A DNA stretch of 62,033 bases, filler included, from Choristocarpus tenellus KU-1152 (lineage: Eukaryota > Protista > Phaeophyceae): assembly GCA_964200185.2 (NCBI GenBank). It is 12 parts of 12 records of this genome, joined end to end, with 100 filler letters (N's around TTAATTAATTAA, not from the genome) between each part and the next. Parts side by side here need not be neighbours in the genome. Positions count along the whole stretch, not along the records: positions 25,509 to 31,610 come from CAXNAD020008931.1; positions 31,711 to 34,342 come from CAXNAD020026113.1; positions 34,443 to 39,091 come from CAXNAD020013644.1; 9 more parts are not named here. One strand, written 5' to 3'. Below the pieces are notes generated by a model. The model worked only from the letters and a program-made list of their open reading frames with translations. It did not search any database and had not been told where the DNA came from. This document shows, piece after piece, positions 25,600-38,230 of this stretch. Position numbers and translations under genes: made by a program. The stretch's first letter is position 1. Every line of letters starts with the position of its first letter.

Positions 25600-27000
25600 C
25601 ACAGATGCTAAGAACAAGCATCCACCCAGATCAAATTGCAATGATTACTTGACATGAAGATTGAATATTCCTCCAGCATGCACAAGTTCTCCCAGCATCA
25701 ATAACTTGGGTATGCTCCAATGCACCCCAAACCTGGTGCTGGAAACTCAAAACCCCAATCAATATAATGGCTCCTGAAGAGTCGCCGGGCCACCTGGATC
25801 CCATGTGTAGTCGGCATGAGGCCCGACCATACACAATACTCTTGAGCTGCAATCATCCACCATGCAGCACTGGAGATGTTCCTTGTAGACACCTTCCAGT
25901 CCAGTAGTGCGCCAAGCTGGACATGGGAGGAGAGGGCATTCAAGCTCGGCTTCCCTTAGCAACATGCATTAGCATCCCCTCCCCTCGTTAGACATGTGGT
26001 GCTCCATGCTAGATGGACAAAGATGGGCACCTTCGAGGTGCTTCTTATTCCACCTACTTCGCCCTGCAATGAGCCAGGCAATACATGAGAGCACAGGGAG
26101 GGAAATTAATATCTAGGCCCAGGCAACAAGCCACAGCCTCCCCTCCCTTGATGAGCCTTGTGAAGATCCACTTCCACAGTCTCACCAGTCTTGTGCAGGA
26201 AGCCCTTGCTGACCACCTGCTTCACCAGGGTGCCTTCCCCGCGAGAGTCATCAAGGTCTCCCATTGTGGCAACCACCTTGGAAAGAGCAACGGCTTCCCC
26301 TAGAAGGGTTGGTTACTTGGCTATTTCTCCATTGGGAGTTGGAGGCTCGACTCTAGTTCTTTTACAGGCGAGTGGGGGGTCGTGGAGGTGTGCCATCACG
26401 GCAAGCACCTCAGATGTAGCTGCTCCTTTCCCCTCTGATAGTGGCTTAGCTACTGTTCCTGCTGATGCTCTGCTCACCTTGGTGTCAGGTACGGCGACTG
26501 CTTCTCTCGCTCTGTAAGCAAGAATCATACCACCTCCAAATAATGAACATGCTCCTTCAGGGATAAGTGTGATGATTGCTCCAGGACCATCTGGAGCAGG
26601 CTTGGTCAAAGCTGCAGCTCCTGTTGCATTGGCTCGCTCTCTTCACCATCTTGTACGGGGATCATGTCGTTAGGAATAACGGCGGCTGTCCGCGAATCAC
26701 TCTCAAGTGTCACGGGTACCACCACAGAGTTTCTCCTCTCTCGCGCTTCTCCATCTTACCAATCCACGAGCCTCACCATACGGCCGTGGTGCGTTGGATG
26801 GCACCGTCCAAGATGGAAAGAGTGACCTGCATGGCAGGAATGATTAACTGCCATATTTCGGAACTCTTCACCCCGTAGGTAAGATCTCGGCCCGACTTTG
26901 ACTGGTAACACAACCAGCGGGAGGCCAGGTGCTGGACATAGGGCCACGACAGCGAAATGGTCCCCACTGCCAACTCCAATACTAATATCCGTCTGAAAAC
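25600..27000 (-). mobile_element. Possible heavily degraded LINE-like retrotransposon (ORF1 and start of endonuclease)
   Basis: Intronless, stop-riddled coding-like sequence. KVSTRNI..IAAQE resembles the first two APE endonuclease motifs. No RT motif was seen. Confidence 0.3.
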
Positions 27001-27853
27001 GACCGTCCTGGGCTTACTCTAATTCCATTATCGCCTTAAGTAAACCCTCCATAAGAGAGGAAAGTTGTTCGAGATGATCTCAGCGAGTGGGGCATCACTT
27101 CGACCCCAACATGAACTGAGGTCCCTTTTCCATCTGAACACGTGATAGGTATGGATAGAAACCCACGATTCAACTTATTGGGCTGAAGTATCCCGTACCT
27201 CATATATGGATAGAAGAGATAAATACAGGAATATTACAAAGTGTTGTAGAGAAGTGATTATTCAAAGTAGAGGGTCACCATACAACTTTCGAACGACCAG
27301 GTCAATAGATCCAATTCCAATCCATCAATTCATATACAAGAGGAAAAATGGGTTTACCAACTAATAACACTTGGTATACTGACTCTACGTGTATAGTACT
27401 GTTTATGTCTGATAGAGTTGGGAAAGTCTATTCGAACATAATGCAATACATATCGCAACCTTGTATGAAATGGGGCTTGATACGGAGTTTTAAGGATACA
27501 GCAAAACATGAATCATATGATTCTATGGCAGCATTGTTCACTCAGCCAAAAATGGTGAAGAGAATCACTGGCCAAGAAGGACCAGACAGAGGAAGACGAA
27601 CTTTAACCGAGAGGACGAGGTTATGGTTGGACAAGTACAAGATTGTAAGGACTTACAAGAAGAAGTGTGGAATTCAGGAAGTGGGGAGGATCACGATTCA
27701 GATGGGTTTCAGAAAATAAACCCTTCAGAGAAGGGAGATCCACCTTCGGAAAAACTTAGTCATAAAGAGACGTTACAAAAACACACCGAAATAGATCCTC
27801 CACCCAGTTGAATCGAATTTCTCAAAAAGCAACCTTAATCGGTATGACAGTAA

Positions 27854-28602
27854 AGTGATACCAATAACTTAGCGTCCTGGAGCAAAATCTTGCTTTTTTT
27901 TTACTTTCCACAAGAACTATACATACAACATAACGATCAAATGAACCTTATGCAAGAGATGTTGAATATTTGTATACAGGAATGTATTAACTCAAGTGAA
28001 CGGGAACTATGCCCCAATAAAAGAATGACAAAAACGCGGGGGAACATCTCCGGCGCAATTTTGGTGGTTACAACCGCAAAAGGTACAAAGATGAAGTGGT
28101 TGACTGAATTTCCCGCAAAACCTGATCCAGTGTAGGCCTCTGTGTAAGTATGGTGCTTGTGGAAATACCGAAAAAAAAGCAAGACTTACGGACATCTTTC
28201 TAGCGCCATTATTTGCAGACTTTTTGAGAGCACACACACACGTGACCCACACAGCAACAAGAACCACGACAGTGAGATAAGTAGAGTCGCCGAGGCCACT
28301 CTGCCCCCTGGATCTACCCTCGGCACCTTCTCTGTCGAGAGGTGACAAAAAAAAATACTGTGCGACATTCGGTGCGATGCTAGGTGATGAGAAAGTGCAT
28401 GATGTACTGTAGTGCAGCAGCATGATCAAATCGCACAATGACCACGTGGCCGTGACACCAACATTGAGAGAAGATGCATGGAAAGCATTACCACACAAAC
28501 GCGGTTGGATCTTCAACCATGTCGGAGCACTGCTCTGCAATCTTTGCCGCCTCGGGAGAGCAGGAAGAGAGTGGCGAGTCTATCACCAGGTGTGGTACAG
28601 CT
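27854..28602. mobile_element. About 750-bp non-autonomous dispersed repeat (family E) with AG...CT ends
   Basis: Colinear similarity to 39769-40529 over its whole length. Ends AGTGATACCA / TGGTACAGCT, with GTAA on both sides (27850-27853 and 28603-28606). Confidence 0.8.
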
Positions 28603-30887
28603 GTAAGTAATGCGACTAAAACTGTGCTGAAAGAGTTTAAGAGTCGTTTCTACAAGGTTACCATCCTGGAAGCATTTAGTGTTTATTGTCACAGGGTCTC
28701 CCAGAAGAAAATTATAGCAGGGGTTTTTGGGGTACGGTAACGACAAGATCGAGGGACTTGCTCAATACCATTATGGTATGAAAAGGGACAATTGTCCCCT
28801 TTATTATGGATGAGAATGCCTTGAAACAATAGGATGACAGTGCTGAGTACACGTCTGACATTATACAAAGTTTCAATATTATTTTGAGGCTACCAAACCT
28901 TGGTGTGGAGGGTGCATCAAGGAAGCGAAGGAGAAAGACAAGGGCCAAGAAAGGGAGATCACTTCAGCAGAGTAGACGGAACAGAAGCACAATGATTAAT
29001 GCTTTCTTTACTTTGTGTATTGAATTTTGGCGTACAATATAATAGAAAGTGACTGTGACCTACCCTAACATATTCAAGTTGACAAGAATTTATGTAGCCA
29101 TGCCTCACTCTCTGTAGAATGTGGAAGCATGAACCACATAAAAACCAAGAATCGCAATCAACTTGGCATTGAACGTTTGGAGACACAGATGTAAATGTTG
29201 CTTGCTCACCATCATGAAGTTGAAGATTTAAGGGCAGAGCAAAGGCGGAGGAATTCCTTGAATGTGTAGTACACCAGTGGAAGAGTGGCCATGATCGAAG
29301 ATCGACGTGTAAGCGACAGTAGTATCTGATTGCAATACAAGGCAGAAGTAGTACTAGGCGAACCTGTGAGGAGGTAGGGCAATGCATACTGTTTGAAGGG
29401 CGCCAATAATGCTCAATGGAGCAGTTGTGTTTGTGTTACAAGTTATGACATTTGAGTATGTAGCAGTTCAGAGAGTTGACAGTGGTATTAAGGAGACCGT
29501 AGTATTGTGCGTACTTCCCGTACACACCCCATACCCACTACCCGTCTTGACACATGATGGCATGATTTACCTTCTATTTTGGATTGCTGGCGATTGATTG
29601 TGTGATTTTTTATCTCTTTGTATCCAGACTATTTGACCTATCTTCCAAATAACTAGCAGACTAGATTTTACCAGTTGCAACAATGCAACTCTACCAAATA
29701 CAAAATTTCACATTCAATCATACATCCTGACCAACATGAATGTAAAAAGGTTCTAATGTTATCCACACTTAAAAAATAAATAGGAGGAAAAGGAATTTTG
29801 CGACTTGAACAAACTTGAAAAAGATGTACTATTTATGAAAATAGTACCAAAAGATTTCCTTTCAAAATATATAGGAAGAAAACGAACACTACGACTTGAA
29901 CAAACTTGAAAACATGACCTTTTCAAGGAGGTTTTACTTGGACGTACTGGAGATAAGAACCAAATAGATCCAGAATTCAGAACGCCTTGCGCACATTCTG
30001 ACATATTTCTTAGGACCTGTGGCTGCTGTGAATTGGTTTTGGTTCCTGAACCCTTGAAATGTAGATTTGGATTTGGAAATATCATTTAATGTTCTTTTTA
30101 GGATCCTGATCTACCAACATATTGCATTTTCGTGAGTTGGTCTGTTCAACTGTCATCTATCTTGTCCATAGGAATATTCCCCAGCTATGCCGAAGCTATA
30201 TCATGATAGATAATCATTATTCAGGTTATGAGGTAGAGAGATAAGAGAGGAAAAGTTTTAGGTTATAACTTGAATGGTCCTTCATCTCACACATCCAACA
30301 ACCTACCTATTGCATCTCATCTCGTTACAACGCCCTTCGAGTCACCTTGTTCTCTCCAAGCCTTCACCTGGAACTGTGATACTCGTGTGTCCAATGAATC
30401 TACTCGATAGAACTAGGACAAGAGATGGTTTCCAGCAGGCTCGGCAACCTGGCGACTCAAGGCCAACTGGTGTTCACCCATCCGTAGATGTTGCGCAAAG
30501 GTTCGTTACCCCAGGTGTATATCATCTTCGGCCTAGCGGCATTAGCGCTATACCATGCCCAGAGCCCGTCCATGCATGGTCGCATTCGAGTGGGATTACT
30601 CGAGTTCCCCATTCCAGATCTGGTGCAGTGGCTTTTAGATCACATTCGGAAACTCCACGTCGTGAGAGGAAGAGGACCCCTGCGCAACCTAGTCTCCGCA
30701 CCTCCTGCAACCTATGTGGAAGGTAAGCCTATTTTCCTTTCTATGCTCTGACGAAGAGTATAGTTCTGTGCCTTGCTAAAGCGCTACGGTGCAACATTTT
30801 CTTTCCTAGCAGTTGTACATCAAATCATTGAAGCACTCTCGTTGTCACTGGTATCTCCAAGAAAGTCGCTTAATGCTTGGCCGGTAA

Positions 30888-31068
30888 GGCTCAAAGTATT
30901 TGGGGGGGGGATGGCGGCTGACCGTTTGGGGCCAATTTTTTCCATGTCGCGATTTTTGTGTGACTTGGTTGCATACGTCAGATGGATAATGTAAGTGCAC
31001 TCTTCCTGGTTATGGTTCAAATGGACACCCTGGTGTAGACCCCCCCCCCCCTCCAGATACTTTGGGTC
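30888..31068. mobile_element. MITE family B full-length copy
   Basis: GGCTCAAAGTAT...ATACTTTGGGTC with direct GTAA at 30884-30887 and 31069-31072. Confidence 0.9.
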
Positions 31069-32300
31069 GTAAAAACCTATATCCTAGTAAGTCGGGAACA
31101 CTGTGCGTTGACTCCATCGTATGTATCGTAGAACGCACTGCAGGTGTCACGATGTCACAACTTTTTTGGTTTAGTACCAACACTGCACTTTCTCCCTATT
31201 AGATCGATCATCTTGAACACCGCAATTGGCATTACTGAATGGATATCGACCGATTTGTTTTCCATATCAAACAAATTTGTGTCCCAAGTCATCCATCCTG
31301 CGAGTGCAGACATGCGGATACATACCCCTCTTTGGTAGTAAATTCATTGTCCTTTCCCACTTGAACTTTTCTATTTATCATATTTTGGGTTATTATGGCT
31401 GTATTGCAAGGAATGTGATGTCCTGCACGTGTAGAGCACTAGGTCTAATGAAAGAAACTCTGGTACATATTCTCTTGTACTTCAACACCCTGCTCTGTTT
31501 AATTCAGAGTCCACTTCTCATCGGATCTTGGCAACCTATCGCAACAGGGCAAAGAAGGCATGCGATGGGCATGTCCCATGTAGCCGATGTGTTCGCTTGG
31601 GTGAGCAATGNNNNNNNNNNNNNNNNNNNNNNNNNNNNNNNNNNNNNNNNNNNNTTAATTAATTAANNNNNNNNNNNNNNNNNNNNNNNNNNNNNNNNNN
31701 NNNNNNNNNNCCCCCCCAGATACTATAATCCTCTACTTAAAAGCGCTGCAATCAAGGTGGTACAATCCTCAATTTTCCTGCCCTTTGTGTGTTCCTTATG
31801 GTGATGTGGACCTCATGAGTCAATTTTTTTTTTTTATTCTCCCTCCTATTAACAATGTTGACAAGAGGTAACTCCGGTGCCTTGATGCTCTATGTTTCGT
31901 TTCAAAGTTAGATTTGTCTGCATACTACTGTCAATTGGACCTCTCCCCAGCGTTTTACTACTTTTTTGGGATTGCACTATTATACATAGTGTGTGGAGTG
32001 GACGCGTGAAACGTAGGGAAAGCATGCAGCATCTCAAGAGGTGACGCCTTTAAGTTGGAGTGGATTCACTCCCTAGTTCTCTCCTTACAGTTGGTGTTTA
32101 AAGGTTCAGAGAAACGTGTAGATACCTTCACTTTTGCTTGAGCACCAGTGAGTGTGGATGAGGGGAAAAATTCAGACATTCATAGCTTTTTGAAGTTATG
32201 CCCTTGATTTTCATCTTCCTCTTCCAGCATGATCTCCTATGGTGTCTACGATTTGGACTGGATGCGAAACGTTGTTTCAGGTTCAACACACAAAATTAAT

Positions 32301-32474
32301 GGCTCAAAGTATCTGGGTGGGAGGGGTGTACACCGGGGTGTCCATTCGGGCCCTGACCAGGAGAAGTGCAATTACATTATCCATTCAACGCATGAAACTA
32401 ATACTCAAAACTTGCGACATAGAAAAATGGACCCTGAATGGACAGCTGCCACCCCCCCCCAGATACTTTAAGCC
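32301..32474. mobile_element. MITE family B full-length copy, reverse orientation
   Basis: GGCTCAAAGTATCT...AGATACTTTAAGCC. The interior is the reverse complement of the 30888 copy. Confidence 0.85.
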
Positions 32475-33007
32475 AAAAAACTATGGTTATTGATTTGCAT
32501 TTGGGCTCTCCAACTGATTGAAGATGTTCTGTCCCGTTTTAAATATTGCGGAAATGTTTATCTTACAGATAGCAAATGTATGCATAAGATTTGACTGCAA
32601 TACTTGAGATCAATTTCTCGATCAGAATTCATTGCTCTAGTTGTGTAACTGCAAGTTTTTTATCAACTGTTTTTGTGTAATGGCCACAATTATTGGTACC
32701 TCCATATCATTATTGACCGCGCTGGATCAATCAAATGTTCAAGCTTATCGTCTCCATGTACCACTACTCCCTGCTGCACTCTGTTCTCTTCGTCACCATG
32801 CATTGACTTCAGGTAACAAATATACATATCTTGGACACACAGTGGATCCAGACAGCCCAAGTACACCTTCTGTCATTAAATTGCCTGATCATGCTCTACC
32901 CAGTGGACACAGAAGGTGCTTGGGAAGCAAGGCCACAAATGGACACATGATAGCGTCACCACTACAGCACCCAAGCTGTATGCAATTCCTCCTTAGATTA
33001 AGCAACT

Positions 33008-33248
33008 GACCGAAAGCATTTATGAGGGTAGGAGTTTTTCCCTGTTTGTCCGTTCGGGGCTTGGCTTCCCACAGGATTTCTTATGCCCTTTTTCAGTTTT
33101 CTGTGTGAACACAGACTATGAAAGGTGTGCCTGGAACAAGGATATTGACACTTGCTAACAAATACAACAGCCAAAATTCATCACAGTCGCAATATTGGAT
33201 TTATGACCCCGAACGGACGCGACTCTACCCTCTTAAATGATTTGTGAC
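33008..33248. mobile_element. MITE family A copy (AAAGCATTTA subtype)
   Basis: GACCGAAAGCATTTATGAGGGTAG...CTACCCTCTTAAATGATTTGTGAC, with the shared GAACAAGGATATTGACACTT core. Confidence 0.8.
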
Positions 33249-34556
33249 ACTTGCCAACCACTTCGACACAGATTTCCCCCCTAGCTTGTGGCACAAACGC
33301 TCACAATACCCACTTCCAATAACGGCTGACCTTGGACTTCAACTCACCCTCCCACCACCACCTTAACGGGCCATATTTTATTCATGCTCAGTCACAGATA
33401 TGTCCTGCCTTCTCCCCTCCCCCACCCCTCGTAAACTCATCTCTGGACCTCCTTATTGAGCGATGACACTCCTGACATCACATAGGAGAAATCCTTCGAC
33501 TTGTATATGCAACCCCCCCTCCAGCTCCAAGTTGATCACGCGCCCTGTTCTTCTTGTCTCATAGGTGTTGGACGCCCCCTCCTCACCCCCTTCCTCCAAC
33601 ATGAGGGCAATAGCCCTGGTGGCAAGGAGTCCTCACCATAGTTTCCCTATTAACCCACAGAACACTTGTATATTACTGATCTAGAAGAAATCGGTATGTA
33701 CTTCGTAGACCTTCCGCAATATGATAGTATCCTCAACCAGTCAACAGGATGAAACTGGTCCCTCACCCAAATTTGGTGTGGAATATGTGCTTGCATGTTC
33801 GTTGTCTTGACAGGATAACAGGAGTTCCGTTGAGGATCTGCTGATTGGACCCTAGAATGAACCTCTGGTACTTTCCCAGAGGTATGGTGTGGGTGTTATC
33901 AAGGTCGTTGCAACGAAGGTGGAAGAATTCACAGACGAGAGCGTCCTGAAGGGAGACGACAAGGGGAGCTGGTTGCATCTCCTGTTACTGTGTGATGTAA
34001 ATTCGCGTTTTGGGGTAAGGAGAAGGGGGTCAGCACGGGCACCATGAAGTAATGCATATTATACCGATTAGGTGCAAATATTGTAGTCCAACGTTTTTGC
34101 ACAATGCCGTATTGTCATGAGCATCTCAAAATCCTACCTAATTTTGACTGATGAACTATATTTGAATATGTTCCCACCTACATTATTCCAAAAATCAATC
34201 CGATTTCACCAAAACAATTTTGGATAAACCGAAATACTGGAGATGTCAGGGACAGGTTCCTTTTCGGGATCGCCGACACACACTGTATGTATAAGACGCG
34301 CAGTCAGATACAATTGCGCACGCCAAACACGTCATTTGAGCTNNNNNNNNNNNNNNNNNNNNNNNNNNNNNNNNNNNNNNNNNNNNTTAATTAATTAANN
34401 NNNNNNNNNNNNNNNNNNNNNNNNNNNNNNNNNNNNNNNNNNCTGAAGTTTCCCCCTCCCCGCTTTTGCCCCCCGCCCCACCACTCCCCCCCCCCCCTCC
34501 CTCCCCTTCTCCTGGTGATGTGACATAACTCTGAAAAAAAATGTTGTGTGTCTCAG

Positions 34557-34646
34557 GAGATACAGGACATTGACGAGCTCATTGTGAGAAAGATTCAGGA
34601 GCAGCAGTCGCTGGGGCTGGGGGACGCTTTGTCGGAGATACCAGAG
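34557..34646 (+). CDS. Isolated 90-nt exon of an unknown protein (EIQDIDELIVRKIQEQQSLGLGDALSEIPE)
   Basis: CTCAG| acceptor and GAG|GTGAGT donor, open phase-0 frame, GC-rich against AT-rich repetitive flanks. Confidence 0.6.
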
Positions 34647-34690
34647 GTGAGTGAGAAGGAGTGGTTGGTTATGTTGTGTGACATTTGTTG

Positions 34691-34790
34691 TTAGGTTGGG
34701 AGTTGTGTTGTGGGATGTTTGTGATTAGGTTGGGAATTGTGTTGTGGGATATTTGTGATTAGGTTGGGAGTTGTGTTGTGGGATATTTGT
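34691..34790. repeat. 34-bp tandem repeat, about 3 copies
   Basis: TTAGGTTGGGAGTTGTGTTGTGGGATRTTTGTGA repeated. Confidence 0.85.
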
Positions 34791-35603
34791 TTGTTGTGAT
34801 CTTTTACTTGGTGGGTGATCTTTTTTTTTTTCTTCTCCGCTATGTCTTAACTGTACCCTTTTGGTGTGTCTGAATTGTACCCTTTTTTGGTATGTTTCTT
34901 GAGAATTTCTTTTGTGTCTGTCTGGTTTTATTTTCTTATTCATTCATTTTCTCTCTGGGACTGTAACAAGGCCACTTGAAAGAAATGTCTTCGACACTAC
35001 TATTGACTACCTTGTGGCTACCTTGTGACTACCTTGTGCATGGTGTTAGGTAGAGCCTTCGAAATGTATAATTTTGGGGCAACAAAATTATTGTCTTTTT
35101 TCTTGTGGCGGTTTTTCTTGCTGTAGCGAGGGAGTTTTTTTTTTTCTTTTGTAATGTATTAAATTTTTAAATTTATGGTTACGCACACAATGCCGATAAA
35201 TTGATCTGATTTGTATGGTGTGTTGAATTAAGTAAGGATTGAGAAGGCGTGTAACCTTGGCGATGACTGATGCGAACTTAGTGCAGTCGGTTGATTTAGG
35301 GGGTTTGAGTAGGATGCAATGTGTGAGGATGTGGAACCAAAAATATGTCCTTGCATTCGTGATGTCATTTTTTTATTTATTAATTTAATAAATTTTTATT
35401 TATTTTTTATTTATTGAATGATGATGTATCAAACAGTACGTACGTAAAAATAATGAAGTATATGTATCTATTTTTTATTTATTTTGATTTGAGCGTGTAA
35501 GAATTTAATTGTGGATAAATACATAAATAAATAAATACAATGCCCTCTTTTTTTTCCGAGTTGTGTGCTGGGACCCACCCGCTGTTGGTGTCTTGTCATT
35601 CAG

Positions 35604-35722
35604 GTGTTGTGTTGTGTTGTGTTGTGTTGTGTTGTGTTGTGTTGTGTTGTGTTGTGTTGTGTTGTGTTGTGTTGTGTTGTGTTGTGTTTGTTGTGTTGTG
35701 TTATGTTATGTTGTGTTGTGTT
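35604..35722. repeat. (GTGTT)n microsatellite
   Basis: Directly visible pentamer run. It explains the spurious CCVVL ORFs. Confidence 0.95.
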
Positions 35723-37224
35723 GGTTGCGTCTTCGATGGGGTTAATACTGTACTCACTAGTGGTAGGTTAAATTAAAGAATAGTTTAAGTGAAAGAATAG
35801 GTTATAAATGGAACAACAGGTTAAAATGAAAGATTTGACGAAGGCTTTGGTGATGGTGTCAAAAAAATTATTATTTTTCCTTTTCCTTTTCCTCTTCCTC
35901 TTTTTTCATTGGTGGACTGCACTGACTCTAGAGGAGAGTTTGATCTAGTATGTGCCAAGAAGGAGCCGGAAATGTCGGAAATCACAATATTATTATTTTT
36001 TTCTCAGTTGAGTAGATCGTTTGAGGAATGAATATCATGCCAAGTCATAAGCATGGAACTTATAATCTCGCCCACTTTCACTGTGTGATGTAAGTAAGCT
36101 TCTGAGAAATTTCTGTGCGTAGGACATGGACGGTCTGCTTCCAAAGGGTTCCGGATCATCTGAAAATTTGGTATTTAATATTTTTATATTTATTATTTTT
36201 ATGTTTACAGACTACGGGGTGGGCGGTATGAGTTTTTTTTTTTTGGTAGTCCATTCTCGGTTAAGTATATATATTTTTTGGTTCAAATGGGTAAAACGAG
36301 GTAAGAAAATACATGGTGATATGTATGTGTATGTATGTGTATGTATGTATGTATATTTGTGTATTTTTGGTTGCCCTTCCTGGGGTTTGCATGCCCGTGT
36401 GGAAGGTGGCGTCTACATGTACGGATACGGATACTGGTTGGTGATTTGAAATAAAAAAAGCGTGCATTTAGTTAATTGGTGAATTAAAAAAAAATAGAGT
36501 ATTATTTTTATTATTGTGATGCCGTTGCATCCCTTCGTCAGACCCTCACCATTTTTTTTTTTAAATTCCACGTGTGTGTGTGTGTTGTGTGTGTGTGTGT
36601 TTGTTTCCTCTGTCTGGAGAATTTTTATATATGTAAACATGTGTGTGTGCATCAGTTGATACCAAGACTATTATTCCTGTCCCGAACAAACCCAATTAAC
36701 CCTAACCCTAACCCTAACAGGAGACTAGCAGTGGGCACGATGCGGATCACTCATCATTAAACCACAATTCCTCTGTCAAGGCTGCCACAACCAGCAGCTC
36801 TGACAACCTCACATCTTCAGCCAAGAACTACTTGAGGCCGCCCAGACCAGCTGCGACTCAATGGCTTGCACATGTGGGCCAACGGCCTGGATCCTCCAAG
36901 GGGGATATTTCTCGCTGGACGCCTGGCAGGGTGGGGAACACTGTGTACCCTTGGGGGTGATATTGGTGGGGGTGATAGTGGGTGTGGTGGGGGCGTTTGT
37001 AGATTTTTTTTATTGGCACACGGGAAATGTATGTGTTTGTGTTTGTAGTTGTGGAAATGTATGTGTGTGTGTTTGTAGTTGTGGTTGTGGCTGCAGTCGG
37101 CGAATGGTTGAGCGTGCTCTTTTGTGTTTTGATGTGTTGGGATTGATGGGGGTCGGGAGCTGTCAGGGTTAGGGTTGGGTTCCGAATTGTAGGTCAGGGT
37201 GTGAAAGGTGTGGGTGTTGTGTTT

Positions 37225-37370
37225 TGTGTATGTATGTATGTGTGTGTGTATGTACTTGTGTGTGTATGTGTGTGTGTATGTGTATGTGTATGTATGTGTA
37301 TGTATGTATGTATTTATGTGTGTGTATGTGTATGTATGTATGTGTGTGTATGTATGTGTGTATGTATGTA
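37225..37370. repeat. (TG)n/(TATG)n compound microsatellite
   Basis: Directly visible. Confidence 0.9.
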
Positions 37371-38049
37371 TTACGTGTTTTTTTTGTTGGGCACTGATTG
37401 TCATTGGTCCAGAGGACAACAGGAGCTGATTTTTTTATCTACTGTAATAGTAGCTGAAGTATATTTTTTTATTATAAATTTCTGTGTGAAAGGAGCAGTC
37501 GATCTATTTTTTTTTTAAATAATTGTTTTTAAAATGTGTATCTTTTAAAGAAGCTTCCTGTTGATTTTTGAGGGATGTATTGTTCCAAGTTTTTTTTTTA
37601 TATATCTAGAAGAAAAAAAAAAGCCTGAAAGTTGTGTGAAACAGATCGTGTACCTTCCTGTCAGATGGTGGCTATCACACTATGTGTTTTGTATGTGTAT
37701 ATATGTATTTTGTGTATGTAGATACTTTTCTCCTTACGTACTTTTCTCTTTCTAGAGTTATGTTATTTTCATGTTATTTTTATATTATTTTTGGATCGAC
37801 CGATGCGAAGTGTACAGAAGAGGAATTTTTTTTAATTTTTAAGTGTTTAATTTTATTTTGCCATTTAGAAAAAAAAATTATCTTTGTATGGGAGAGAAGA
37901 CCCATCATCGAGAACATCAGGGTGTAAATTTTGTCCAGAAAAGGTATACCCGTGTGTGTATGTGTGTGTGTGTGTGTTTACCCTTGGGTTGACTGGTGTG
38001 GTAATAGACTGCATGTACTCCTTTTTTGTATTTGGTGCTGATTTCTCAT

Positions 38050-38230
38050 TCTTTTTCTCTCTTTCTCTCTCTCTCTCTGTGTTTCTAATTGCTTCCTTCT
38101 ATTATCCTCATCTTTATCTTGCTTCCTCCTTCCTCCTTCCTCCTTCTATACATCTTGATCCTTATCTTCATCTTACTTCTCTTTTTCTTTTTCTTTCTCT
38201 TTCTCTTTCTCTTCTTTTTCTTTTTCTTTG
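38050..38230. repeat. CT-rich low-complexity tract
   Basis: (CT)n and (CTTT/CTTTTT)n runs. Confidence 0.8.

Noticed and set aside
30330-30726. 150-aa ORF ending at a GTAAG donor-like site
   Set aside because: No recognisable homology, the frame is ambiguous, and no partner exon was found.
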